Below are positions 28,850-38,539 of a DNA stretch of 64,000 bases, in pieces. Source of the stretch: Chitinophagaceae bacterium (GTDB lineage Bacteria > Bacteroidota > Bacteroidia > Chitinophagales > Chitinophagaceae); assembly GCA_947455605.1 (NCBI GenBank), contig CANGOX010000008.1, positions 112 to 64,111 on the forward strand, read 5' to 3'. Made by a program: the position numbers and the translations under genes. Under the pieces are notes generated by a model. The model was not told the DNA's origin and searched no databases. It saw only the letters and a list, made by a program, of their open reading frames with translations. Each line of letters opens with the position of its first letter. Positions within the stretch are counted from its first letter, which is position 1.

Positions 28850-29542
28850 CTACGAATTCTTTGTGATCATATCATCCAGCAATTGCCGGTACGCATTCCC
28901 GATAGGAATGGTATGTGCACCAATACTGATCTCATTCCGGCTGATAGAGTCTACCTGACTTAAAGAAATGATATAGGACCTGTGCACCCTGATAAAAGCC
29001 GTTTCCGGTAATTTGCTCTCAAACTCTTTCAGGTTCTGAAGTGTTGTGAGGGGCGATGTTTTCCCTTTCAGAAAGATCTGCGTATAATCACGCAAGCCAG
29101 ACAGGAAGAGGATATCCGACAAATTTATCCGGATCAGTTTATAGTCTGATTTTACAAAAACATAATCCCGTTTAATTGTAGTGAGCGAAGATGATTGGAG
29201 CATATAAGTTTCGGCGGTTTGTATCAATGAAAGTACCCGCTCATAACTGAACGGTGCATGGAGAAAGGCAAAAATGTTCTTGCTGATGGCCGCAGAAAGT
29301 ATTTCTTCATTCGGGCCCATACAAACCAATAAAGGAAGATCCGTTTGGTTGTTGATCAGTTTGACCAGAACAGACAGGGAAGAAAAAACCATATCACAAT
29401 CCAGTTCATGAATGGCATCCAGTGAGGTATCATCCAGATTGGCAAAAATGCCTGCTACCAAAATTCCGGGGACCATCTTGAGGTAGTCCTGTAATAGAAC
29501 AACTTCTTTATTATTATCATGAATGATAATCGCTTTTCTCAT
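28850..29542 (-). CDS. LytTR-family DNA-binding regulator with a degenerate receiver domain
   Basis: C-terminal LytTR domain (IRVHRSYIISLSQV...IPIGNAYR). In the N-terminal REC-like fold the conserved Lys position reads FLHAPF instead of LxKPF, and the Thr/Ser position is not conserved. Confidence 0.8.
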   Translation of the reverse strand: MRKAIIIHDNNKEVVLLQDYLKMVPGILVAGIFANLDDTSLDAIHELDCDMVFSSLSVLVKLINNQTDLPLLVCMGPNEEILSAAISKNIFAFLHAPFSYERVLSLIQTAETYMLQSSSLTTIKRDYVFVKSDYKLIRINLSDILFLSGLRDYTQIFLKGKTSPLTTLQNLKEFESKLPETAFIRVHRSYIISLSQVDSISRNEISIGAHTIPIGNAYRQLLDDMITKNS

Positions 29543-29754
29543 GTTTTGCAGTTGTAGAAATTTCCCTTACTCAGGTTTTTGTTAAGACCACAAATTCCCG
29601 CAGAAAACAAATAAGCGAATGTTAAAACGCATGAATCGAACTTATTAATCGGTAAACGGGAAAAACGTTAACAGGATTAACATTTTTCTGTGCAGCGATA
29701 TGTAAAAAACAAAGGAATGTCGGCAGGAAATGCGACAACCGGTCGGAAAGAGCA

Positions 29755-29790
29755 TTAAAAAACCTCATCACCTGTTACAGCGATGAGGCT
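29755..29790 (-). terminator. Probable terminator after the acyl-CoA dehydrogenase gene
   Basis: cctcatc/gatgagg 7-bp stem with a 12-nt loop and a T6 run on the minus strand. Confidence 0.45.
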
Positions 29791-29869
29791 TTGTTTTTAG
29801 CAAGCAACCGTAAAACAAAAATCAAATATTAAAAAACTTTATGAAAGTTAATAATTTTTTTCAGGTTTT

Positions 29870-31660
29870 TTACAAATGATATCCGTCGTCAGCCACCAAA
29901 CGGTCAGAGATCCGTCTGCGGGCATCCTTGGTATTAAAGGGTTCCACCTTGGTAAAACGTTTAAGCCCGATATGCATCATTTTCAGCTCATCCCCGTCAG
30001 AAAAACTGTTCAGGGCGTCTTTTCCGGCTTTATTGATCCTGTCGGCGGCATCATACAGGTAGGTACGCATCATATCTGTCTGAACCCCCACTGCTGCTTC
30101 TCCCTTGGCATTCACCAGTTTGATTACCCGTAACAGGGCACTTTCTGCATGGTATACTTCAATGGCCATATCGGCAATATTCATCAATACTTCCTGCTCC
30201 TTATCCAGCTGCATCATCAGTTTCTGTACGGCAGCACCGGCAACCATCAGGATGGCTTTCTTGAAATTGGCAATGTATTTCAGTTCTTTCGCAAAAGCAC
30301 CTTCATCCTCTGAACCGAAATCAGGAATACTCATCAGTTCTTTTTGAACGGCCATGGCCGGACTCATCAGATCCAACTTACCCTTCATGGCACGTTTCAG
30401 CATCATATCAACGGTAAGCAGGCGGTTAATTTCATTGGTGCCTTCGTAGATCCGGTTGATCCGGCTGTCGCGATAAGCTTTTGAGATCAGGTACTCATCA
30501 CTAAACCCGTTACCGCCATGGATCTGCACACCTTCATCCACTACAAAATCCAATACCTCACTACCAAATACTTTTAACATAGAACATTCGATCGCATATT
30601 CTTCTGCACCACCCAGCAAAGCTTCTGCAAAGGATTTACCGCTGGCCTGTAATTCATGTTCTTTATTATCTACCCATTTAGCAGTACGATATAAGGCTGT
30701 TTCACAAACCCACATACGAATCGCCATTTCTGCCATCTTATGTCTGATAGCACCGAATTTAGCGATCGGTAATTTGAATTGCTCCCTGGTTTTTGCATAT
30801 TGAATAGAAGTGGTAGCTGCCCGTTTAGATCCACCCAAAGCCGCTGCACATAATTTCAAACGGCCAATATTCAGGATATTGAAAGCGATCAAATGCCCCT
30901 TGCCAATTTCACCCAACACATTCTCTACCGGCACCTTACAATCCTGGAAATACAACTGAACCGTAGACGAGCCTTTGATGCCCATCTTATGCTCTTCCGG
31001 GCCCTGTGTAAATCCTTCAAAGCCTCTTTCAATAATAAACCCTGTAAACTTATCGCCATCTATCTTGGCAAACACTGTATACACATCTGCAAAACCACCA
31101 TTGGTGATCCAGCATTTTTGTCCGTTAAGGATATAATATTTACCATCATCGCTCAACTTGGCTGTGCTCTTGGCACCCAGTGCATCACTACCACTGTTAG
31201 GCTCAGTTAAACCATAAGCACCTTTCCACTCACCGGTTGCCAATTTGGGAATGTATTTTTCTTTCTGTGCATCCGTACCAAAATAAAGGATCGGCAAAGA
31301 ACCAATACCGGTATGTGCCGCAACAGCAACAGAAAAAGAATATCCGCCACCCAATCCTTCATTTACTATAGAGGAGGTGATAAAGTCTTTACCCAACCCG
31401 CCATACTGCTCAGGAAAGGAAGTAGACAATAAACCCTGCTCACCTGCTTTCTGTAACAATGACGGCATCAACCCCGGCTCCAGTTTATCAATCCTGTCGA
31501 TCACCGGCAGGATCTCAGTATCCAGAAACTGCGAACACATATCCATTACCATGGTCTGCTCCTCGTTAAAATCTTCGGGGATAAATGTGTCGAACGGATT
31601 ACTTTCTTTGATCAACCATTCGCCGCCCTGCAGCGCTGTGGTTTGTTTGGTAGTTTCCAT
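29870..31660 (-). CDS. Acyl-CoA dehydrogenase (long, FadE-like form)
   Basis: YGLTEPNSGSD, QIHGGNGFSDEY, RDSRINRIYEGTNEI. A C-terminal extension gives the 596 aa length. Confidence 0.9.
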   Translation of the reverse strand: METTKQTTALQGGEWLIKESNPFDTFIPEDFNEEQTMVMDMCSQFLDTEILPVIDRIDKLEPGLMPSLLQKAGEQGLLSTSFPEQYGGLGKDFITSSIVNEGLGGGYSFSVAVAAHTGIGSLPILYFGTDAQKEKYIPKLATGEWKGAYGLTEPNSGSDALGAKSTAKLSDDGKYYILNGQKCWITNGGFADVYTVFAKIDGDKFTGFIIERGFEGFTQGPEEHKMGIKGSSTVQLYFQDCKVPVENVLGEIGKGHLIAFNILNIGRLKLCAAALGGSKRAATTSIQYAKTREQFKLPIAKFGAIRHKMAEMAIRMWVCETALYRTAKWVDNKEHELQASGKSFAEALLGGAEEYAIECSMLKVFGSEVLDFVVDEGVQIHGGNGFSDEYLISKAYRDSRINRIYEGTNEINRLLTVDMMLKRAMKGKLDLMSPAMAVQKELMSIPDFGSEDEGAFAKELKYIANFKKAILMVAGAAVQKLMMQLDKEQEVLMNIADMAIEVYHAESALLRVIKLVNAKGEAAVGVQTDMMRTYLYDAADRINKAGKDALNSFSDGDELKMMHIGLKRFTKVEPFNTKDARRRISDRLVADDGYHL

Positions 31661-31695
31661 GGAGGAAAATTTATGGGTTTATTAGTTTATTGATT

Positions 31696-31795
31696 CGCGA
31701 ATTAGCGGATTGCGGATTAGCGGATTTTTATCTTTAGTACTTTCTTCATTCACTCATTCACTCATTCTATCATTCTATCATTCTATCATTCACTC
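31696..31795. repeat. Two adjacent stutter runs (GCGGATT family, then 8-mer CATTCACT/CATTCTAT x6)
   Basis: cgcgaattagcggattgcggattagcggatt (31696-26) and cattcactcattcactcattctatcattctatcattctatcattcactc (31747-95). Confidence 0.85.
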
Positions 31796-31805
31796 TTGTC
31801 CCACC

Positions 31806-32246
31806 TCACGTAAGATTATCATACACTTTCTGAAACACCTGCTTCACTGTTTCGATCTCTTCTTTGTTCACGCCGATCAATGCCTCGTTCATGGTTTGAT
31901 TGGCAAGAGCAATTGTTTGGTCCTGCAGTTCTTTGGCTGCATCGGTTAAAGAAACCAGGTTAATGCGTCTGTCTGTTTTGGAAGCTATCCGTTTAACCAG
32001 TTTTTGTTTTTCCAGGTTATCGATCAAACGGGTAATACTCGGCTTATCCCGGAATGTGCGGTTGCAGAGTTCCTGCTGGCTCAAACAATCTTCCTTCCAT
32101 AAATGGTACAGAACACTCCATTGTTCAATGGTGATCTCCAGTCCGGCCTGTCTGAAATTCTTCTGTAATCTCCTTGCCACCGCTGTTGAAGCCATGCCAT
32201 TGATCACACTGTATAATTCTCCGCGTCTAAATTGGTTGTTTGGCAT
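31806..32246 (-). CDS. MarR-family transcriptional regulator
   Basis: Winged-HTH MarR core (EQWSVLYHLW...LCNRTFRDKPSITRLIDNLEKQKLVKR). ATG 32246 gives 146 aa. The ORF-track extension to 32342 would run through its own operator. Confidence 0.85.
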   Translation of the reverse strand: MPNNQFRRGELYSVINGMASTAVARRLQKNFRQAGLEITIEQWSVLYHLWKEDCLSQQELCNRTFRDKPSITRLIDNLEKQKLVKRIASKTDRRINLVSLTDAAKELQDQTIALANQTMNEALIGVNKEEIETVKQVFQKVYDNLT

Positions 32247-32250
32247 ATAG

Positions 32251-32266
32251 TTAGTTATGCAACTAA
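32251..32266. promoter_or_regulatory. Perfect 6-4-6 palindrome; candidate MarR operator
   Basis: TTAGTTatgcAACTAA lies 5 nt upstream of the MarR ATG, in the gap shared with the divergent hydrolase gene. Confidence 0.55.
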
Positions 32267-32330
32267 TTTCAAAATAAGTTCGTTTCTTTGACATAGCCAA
32301 GAATAAACCCTTAAAATTTAAGAATAGTCT

Positions 32331-33134
32331 GTGGAATCGCATTTTATCAGCTGGCGCAGCTCAATCCTTCACTACAAACGCTTTGGCCAAGGGGTCGAAT
32401 GGCTGTTCTGTTTCCATGGGTATGGAGAAGAGGCCAACACATTCGACATGCTGGAACCTATGCTGAAAGACCGTTTTACAATATTTGCCCTGGATATGCC
32501 TTTTCATGGTAAAACAGACTGGAAAGAAGATCTCAACTTTTCAACGGAAGACCTGATTGAAGTGATCAACCTGGTTAACCCCACTCAGAAACCAATTAGT
32601 TTGCTGGGTTACAGTATGGGGGGAAGGATCGCTTTACGATTAACAGAACGGATCCCCCAACAGATCAACCGTACCGTAGTAGTGGCGCCTGATGGATTGC
32701 ACAAGAATAAATGGCAATGGCTTTCTACGCAAACCCAATTGGGCAACCAACTCTTCGGCTATTGTATGCGCAGACCTTTCTGGATGCTTCGGATGATACA
32801 CTTCGGCAGGCGGTTGGGCATCATTGACCAGCGTATGTTCAAATTTGTACTGCATTACCTGAATGGCGAAGAACAAAGGGCTGCATTATACCGCCGCTGG
32901 ACCACCCTCGGCAAACTCAGGCCCGATCTGCAGGCTCTACAGGCATCGATCAAACAGTTCCGCATACCGGTTAGGATGCTGTTTGGTAAATATGATAATG
33001 TGATACTTACCAAACATGGAAATCTATTCAGGATGCATGTAAAAGAATTTGTTACGGTAAAAGAGATAGAAGCCGGCCACCAGTTACTGAAAGAAAAACA
33101 TGCTGCCACCATTGCTGCACTCTTCATTGAATAA
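32331..33134 (+). CDS. Alpha/beta hydrolase
   Basis: GTG start, HGYGEE oxyanion region, nucleophile elbow GYSMGG, C-terminal EAGHQL His. Confidence 0.8.
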   Translation: MESHFISWRSSILHYKRFGQGVEWLFCFHGYGEEANTFDMLEPMLKDRFTIFALDMPFHGKTDWKEDLNFSTEDLIEVINLVNPTQKPISLLGYSMGGRIALRLTERIPQQINRTVVVAPDGLHKNKWQWLSTQTQLGNQLFGYCMRRPFWMLRMIHFGRRLGIIDQRMFKFVLHYLNGEEQRAALYRRWTTLGKLRPDLQALQASIKQFRIPVRMLFGKYDNVILTKHGNLFRMHVKEFVTVKEIEAGHQLLKEKHAATIAALFIE

Positions 33135-33146
33135 TATTAGCTTTCT

Positions 33147-34304
33147 TTGTCCACTATGTATTGGATAGCCATCTTATTTACGGCTGTGATCTTATCGGTG
33201 TATTGTCTGTTGATCCTTATATACAGACAATGGTTCCTGCGTTTGCCCTTATTTAGCAAACCGGCAGCAACTATCCCGCAAACCCGTTTTTCTGTGATTA
33301 TTCCGGCAAGAAATGAAGAAGTGAGTATTGAAAGATGTTTGAGAACGGTTTTGGAACAGCCTTATCCTTCAGATCTTTTTGAAGTGATCCTGATCAATGA
33401 TCATTCCACTGACCAGACAGAAAATATTATCCGTAACCTTCAGCAATCCTTCAGCAACCTTCGGCTACTGAATCTTACCGATCACCTGCAAGGCAATACC
33501 ATCAATGCTTACAAGAAAAAAGCCATTGAGATCGCTATCAGTCAAAGCAAAGGGAGCTGGATCGTAACAACCGATGCCGATTGCATGGTTTCCGCACAAT
33601 GGCTCACTGTACTCGATGCATATATTCAAAAAGAGCACCCGGTTTTTGTTGCGGCTCCGGTTATGTTTACAAATGATCATTCATTCCTTTCGGTATTTCA
33701 GTTATTGGATTTTATCAGTCTGCAGGGCATTACCGCTGCTGCGGTTTCTGCGGGTTATCATACCATGTGCAATGGCGCTAATCTTGCTTATCGAAAAGAT
33801 GTGTTTGATGAAGTGGAACAATTCAATGGTATTGACCAGATTGCCAGTGGCGATGATATGCTGCTGATGCATAAGATCAAAGAAAAATATCCGGGAAGAC
33901 TGGGTTATCTTTTTTGCAGAGAGTCTATCGTTACAACAGCTCCAATGCCTGACTGGAATAGTTTTTTAAACCAACGTATCCGCTGGGCAAGCAAAGCAGA
34001 TAAATATCGCGACAGAAGTATCTTCTGGACGCTCGCATTGGTCTATGCAGTAAATTTTTTCCTGCTGCTGTTGTTATTGATCAGTCCATTCTTTACAAAC
34101 GGATTCAGCAACTGGCTGATATTGATTGTTGTGAAAATGCTCATAGAACTTAGCCTGATGATACCGGTTGCCCGTTTTTATCAGCATGAAAAAGCATTAC
34201 GCTGGTTTCTGCTCATGCAGCCGTTTCATATACTGTATACAGTTATTGCCGGCTGGCTGGGTAAATTCGGAACCTATCAATGGAAGGGAAGAACCGTAAA
34301 ATAG
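33147..34304 (+). CDS. Family 2 glycosyltransferase, membrane-embedded
   Basis: IIPARNEE, NDHSTD, TDADC and QRIRW (QxxRW) motifs with flanking TM helices. TTG 33147 or ATG 33156. Confidence 0.85.
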   Translation: MSTMYWIAILFTAVILSVYCLLILIYRQWFLRLPLFSKPAATIPQTRFSVIIPARNEEVSIERCLRTVLEQPYPSDLFEVILINDHSTDQTENIIRNLQQSFSNLRLLNLTDHLQGNTINAYKKKAIEIAISQSKGSWIVTTDADCMVSAQWLTVLDAYIQKEHPVFVAAPVMFTNDHSFLSVFQLLDFISLQGITAAAVSAGYHTMCNGANLAYRKDVFDEVEQFNGIDQIASGDDMLLMHKIKEKYPGRLGYLFCRESIVTTAPMPDWNSFLNQRIRWASKADKYRDRSIFWTLALVYAVNFFLLLLLLISPFFTNGFSNWLILIVVKMLIELSLMIPVARFYQHEKALRWFLLMQPFHILYTVIAGWLGKFGTYQWKGRTVK

Positions 34305-34520
34305 GAACGAGATCAGCGCATGTCCTCCGTTCCTGGCCACCATGCATAAATGATGAGGGGGATCATTGCAACAAGTGACAGTAGAAAATAGAATGTCCTT
34401 TTCATAAAAGGTCGATTTAATTAGTAGACAATATTTTTTGACAAACGTTTAATGGCAAATCTGTTTTTTCGGCAAATCTTCATTTCTTATCGGTAACCCG
34501 ATTATTTCTTAATTTCAGCC

Positions 34521-35603
34521 GTGGTACAATCCCTACATTACTCAGCATTTACACGACGTTTATTAGCCAACAAAGGCGCTTCCTTTGGATTGATACTGAT
34601 TCTTGTGAGTTTGTTGCTTGCGCTGTTATGTTATTTTATTGCACCGGACTCCTCGCCCAATGCCAACCGCATGATCCCGGAGATCGGAAGCCGGAAGCCC
34701 GGTTTCTATACGCTGCTGCTGCGTATCAAAAGAGATAAGAACATTCCATCATCCAATATCTTCAGCCGTTTACTCAACGGAACGGAAGAAGCCTATCAAT
34801 ATGTTCCGGTTACCGCTTATGAAGCAAAGGGCGACAGTATTATTTATCAGAAATATATTGATGAAGGCATCACTGAAAGAAGGTCCATTCACTATTCATT
34901 AACAGGAATGCCTGCCGTTGTACAAACTACTTACTGGTTGGGTACTGATAAATTTGGCCGTGACATTTTAAGCCGCTTACTCATTGGTGTGAGAGTTAGT
35001 TTAAGTGTGGGATTGATCGCGGTATTGATTTCATTAACCATCGGCATACTGTTAGGTGCCCTGGCCGGTTATTTCAAGGGATGGGTTGATGATGTGATCA
35101 TGTGGTTTATCAATGTAGTATGGAGTATTCCTACCTTATTATTGGTCTTTGCCATTACACTTGCCTTGGGCAAAGGATTCTGGCAGGTTTTCATTGCAGT
35201 GGGATTGACGATGTGGGTGAATGTAGCCAGACTGGTAAGGGGGCAGGTATTAGCCGTACGCGAACTGGAATATGTAGAAGCCGCAAGGGCCTTGGGCTAT
35301 TCTGATCTGCGTATCATCATCAAACATATACTCCCGAACATACTCGGTCCGGTGATGGTGATCGCTGCCGGAAATTTTGCATCAGCTATTGTGATCGAAG
35401 CCGGATTAAGTTTTCTCGGCGTAGGCGTACAACCCCCACAACCGAGCTGGGGATTGATGATCAAAGAAAATTATAATTTCATCATCACCCATAACCCCAT
35501 GCTTGCATTAGCCCCGGGTATTGCTATCATGTTATTGGTACTTGCTTTTAATTTACTGGGTAACGGATTGAGAGATGCGTTGAATGTGCGAAGCAAAATT
35601 TAG
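34521..35603 (+). CDS. ABC transporter permease, DppC/OppC-like, without adjacent partner genes
   Basis: EAA loop YVEAARALGYSDLRIIIKHILPN and 6 TM helices. GTG start. Confidence 0.8.
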   Translation: MVQSLHYSAFTRRLLANKGASFGLILILVSLLLALLCYFIAPDSSPNANRMIPEIGSRKPGFYTLLLRIKRDKNIPSSNIFSRLLNGTEEAYQYVPVTAYEAKGDSIIYQKYIDEGITERRSIHYSLTGMPAVVQTTYWLGTDKFGRDILSRLLIGVRVSLSVGLIAVLISLTIGILLGALAGYFKGWVDDVIMWFINVVWSIPTLLLVFAITLALGKGFWQVFIAVGLTMWVNVARLVRGQVLAVRELEYVEAARALGYSDLRIIIKHILPNILGPVMVIAAGNFASAIVIEAGLSFLGVGVQPPQPSWGLMIKENYNFIITHNPMLALAPGIAIMLLVLAFNLLGNGLRDALNVRSKI

Positions 35604-35616
35604 CAAATTTGAGTTC

Positions 35617-35673
35617 CGTGAGTGGTGAGTGATGGCCGTATTCTTACTCACTACTGACGTCTCACGACTCACG
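35617..35673. repeat. Stutter palindrome, CGTGAG/GTGAGT family
   Basis: cgtgagtggtgagtgatgg pairs with cttactcactactgacgtctcacgactcacg, between convergent genes. Confidence 0.7.
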
Positions 35674-35691
35674 ATTACGCAGTAATCATTT

Positions 35692-37143
35692 TCAGGCAAG
35701 CAGTTCGCTCTCTTCCTTACGCTTACTATCCAGTAAAACCACCATCCCCAAACACAGCCAGAACAACGCGCCGATCTTATCGGTTTCGATCATATCACTC
35801 ATACTGTTGATCACACCGATCATGATCAATACCATACCTACTGTTAACGCAACATATCTGTAGAAACGGCTTTGAAATTGATGATAAAGTCTTTGCAGAT
35901 GCAACAACATTCCAAAATACAATGCACAGAACAGAATCAATCCAATAATGCCCTGTTCCAGAGCAGTGAGTAAATAATAATTGTGTACGGTGGAATGTTC
36001 TTTGTTATCGCTTACCCATGTTTCAAAACGGTTAACGGCATAAGGGCGGTAATGCTGGTAAAAAGCATTGGGACCAAACCCGGTAATGGGTTTATCGGCC
36101 AGCATTCTTGCACCGGCTACCCATCGGTAAAATCTTTCTGCGGTGGATACATCTTTCATCTCAACAGTAGCCAGCATATGATCTCTAAAGTCTGTATGAA
36201 AAACGGTGCGGTCATGATCTGGTGCAAAACGCATGTAGTTCTTATCCGTGATCAGCCAGGCCATAGAGATGATCAAAGCTAAAACTGTAAGCATCATAAA
36301 CACGCCCATCATTCTTTTTCTGATAACCCATACGGCCAGAATGCCCGCCAGCAAAGCAATCCAGGCACCTCTTGAATAAGCGAACAATAAACCGGTTAGC
36401 CCGATTGATATTCCATATCCGATCCATTTTCGTTTTGGATTTTCTGCTGGAGTTAGTTTCCACATACACCAGGCCACCGGCAATAAACAAACCAACATGG
36501 AAGAATAATTCACATGGTTTCTGAAAAATGGAGCCAGTACCTGTTGCACATCTTTAAAAGAAAAACCATAGTAAGCATGTCGGGCAAGAGATTGTATCAC
36601 CACAAATAACATGGACAGCAACAAACAGATAGCCAGTTTACCCATTCGTTCCCTCGATTGTAACAGGATCTGCGGCAATACCACCAATGGAATGATATAC
36701 CAGATCTTCGCCAATACATATTTGATGGCCAGTAACGGTTCTGTTGCATAGATACAGGTGATCCATAGCCAAAGCAAGTCGATGATCAATATAAAAAACA
36801 AAGGATGTTTTGAAAGAGATACAGGAAACCATCCCGGTTGATGAATGATCTTTATAATTGTGATACCCGTTAAGAGCATCAGCAATAATTCATCCGGAAA
36901 ATCAAGTCCGAGTTGTGGCGTAATATTCAACTCCGTTGATAAGGGCAGCAATATCAAAAATAGCCAGAACAATTGCTCCGTTCTGGTAACCGCAAATTGA
37001 AAGATAACCGGAAGTAAGATCCATGCGAACGGGATCACTAAGATAAGCGGCTCCTGCAAAACAATAGCAGCAACACCACTTACCAGAAATATACCAAAAG
37101 ATAAAAAGAGTTTGTATTGATATGGCCGAATATGTGCAAACAT
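35692..37143 (-). CDS. O-antigen ligase/Wzy_C-family membrane protein
   Basis: About 11 TM helices and the YSRGAWIALLAG loop motif. Confidence 0.8.
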   Translation of the reverse strand: MFAHIRPYQYKLFLSFGIFLVSGVAAIVLQEPLILVIPFAWILLPVIFQFAVTRTEQLFWLFLILLPLSTELNITPQLGLDFPDELLLMLLTGITIIKIIHQPGWFPVSLSKHPLFFILIIDLLWLWITCIYATEPLLAIKYVLAKIWYIIPLVVLPQILLQSRERMGKLAICLLLSMLFVVIQSLARHAYYGFSFKDVQQVLAPFFRNHVNYSSMLVCLLPVAWCMWKLTPAENPKRKWIGYGISIGLTGLLFAYSRGAWIALLAGILAVWVIRKRMMGVFMMLTVLALIISMAWLITDKNYMRFAPDHDRTVFHTDFRDHMLATVEMKDVSTAERFYRWVAGARMLADKPITGFGPNAFYQHYRPYAVNRFETWVSDNKEHSTVHNYYLLTALEQGIIGLILFCALYFGMLLHLQRLYHQFQSRFYRYVALTVGMVLIMIGVINSMSDMIETDKIGALFWLCLGMVVLLDSKRKEESELLA

Positions 37144-37144
37144 A

Positions 37145-38008
37145 TCAGGCCCTGATTTTTCTATCGCTCAGCAATACCAATAAGCAACTGAAAACAAATC
37201 CAACGATCATTGAAGCAAGAATGATTCCTGATTTATCAGGGCGCTCTGCTTTGGCAGCGGGCACTGCAGTTTCCATTATATAAAAGGCAGCAGGACGGGT
37301 AGCGGCAGCCAATGCAAACTCATCAGCCGTTTTACGGTATTGTTTGATCTGCTCTAATAAGATTTCGAGTTTGGCCGTACCAAGCGCATATTTGGCACCA
37401 CTTATTTTTGAAATACTATCACTTAATACCTGGTATTGCTGTTCCATATTGGCAACAGCGTTATTCAACTGCTCAAGAGATTGCTGGTAATTCTTTTGCC
37501 AGATAGCGGTTTCTGTTTCCTGTATAATGGCTACCATGCGGTTAACCAGTTTGGCAGAGAGTTCTTTGTCTTTAGTCCAGCATATGATCTTTAACTGTGC
37601 CTGTTCTGTTTTTTGGATCGTCAGATCTTTTCGCAGATGTAGTGCAGCATTTCTTCTCAGTAAAGCAAGGCTATCATCTTTCAGTTGATAGTAATCAATC
37701 AATGAAAATTCATCAACCAGTTGTTTATAGGTGGTGTCCATATCAGCAACACCATTAATGCGGTCAAGATCATCGCCCGAACCAAAATAAGAGTACAATC
37801 CCTGGATCTGGTTATTGAACATTCTTGCCTTATCAGCCAATGCCGGATTAGCAGATACCAAAAGGCTGGATGATTTGTAATACTGCGGCACTATAAAAAC
37901 AGCGATGGTTGCAGCGGCAACTGTTGCCACAACAAACCAAAGAATAGTCTTCCAGCGTTTTTGCAAAACCGCTACGGTATCCAACAGGTTAAAGGAATCG
38001 TTTGACAT
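37145..38008 (-). CDS. Wzz-like polysaccharide chain-length determinant protein
   Basis: N- and C-terminal TM helices flank a coiled-coil region. Wzz-type N-terminus (LQKRWKTILWFVV...). Lies 1 nt from the ligase gene. Confidence 0.7.
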   Translation of the reverse strand: MSNDSFNLLDTVAVLQKRWKTILWFVVATVAAATIAVFIVPQYYKSSSLLVSANPALADKARMFNNQIQGLYSYFGSGDDLDRINGVADMDTTYKQLVDEFSLIDYYQLKDDSLALLRRNAALHLRKDLTIQKTEQAQLKIICWTKDKELSAKLVNRMVAIIQETETAIWQKNYQQSLEQLNNAVANMEQQYQVLSDSISKISGAKYALGTAKLEILLEQIKQYRKTADEFALAAATRPAAFYIMETAVPAAKAERPDKSGIILASMIVGFVFSCLLVLLSDRKIRA

Positions 38009-38033
38009 AGATAATGAAAATACAATTTATTCC

Positions 38034-38510
38034 TTATCCCGCCTGTGGCGCTACAACCACATTGCGTACAAGGCTTTCTTCGAGAGAAATAAAGGTTTCG
38101 GTGCGTTCAATGCCCTTGATCTTCTGCAGCTCATCGTGCAATACAAAACGCAGTTGCTGGATGTCTTTACAGACGATCTCGGCAAACATGCTGTAATTAC
38201 CCGTGGTATAATTCAGGCGAACGATCTGAGGGATCCGTTTCAGGTCTTTAGCCACGCTATCATACATTGAGCTCTTTTCGAGGTAGATGCCGATAAAAGC
38301 GATCACATCGTAGCCCAAAGATTTGAGATCTACAGATAATTTTTTACCTTTAACTACCTTCAACTCTTCCAGTTTCTTGATCCTTACATGGATGGTACCA
38401 CCCGAAACAAAGAGTTTCTTGCCTAAATCAGCATAGGAGATCTCAGCATCCTCCATCATTTCCTGGATGATCTGCAGATCCAATTTGTCAAGATTTAATT
38501 TAGCGGACAT
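38034..38510 (-). CDS. Lrp/AsnC-family transcriptional regulator
   Basis: N-terminal HTH (LDLQIIQEMMEDAEISYADLGKKLFVSGGTIHVRIKKL) plus a C-terminal RAM domain. Confidence 0.9.
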   Translation of the reverse strand: MSAKLNLDKLDLQIIQEMMEDAEISYADLGKKLFVSGGTIHVRIKKLEELKVVKGKKLSVDLKSLGYDVIAFIGIYLEKSSMYDSVAKDLKRIPQIVRLNYTTGNYSMFAEIVCKDIQQLRFVLHDELQKIKGIERTETFISLEESLVRNVVVAPQAG

Positions 38511-38539
38511 TTTAGTTTGATTTTTTAGATAATTTTCAG

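Noticed and set aside
31710-31949. 79-aa + strand ORF (SFTHSLILSFYHSIIHS...).
   Set aside because: It starts inside the CATTCACT/CATTCTAT stutter run and then reads antisense to the MarR gene.
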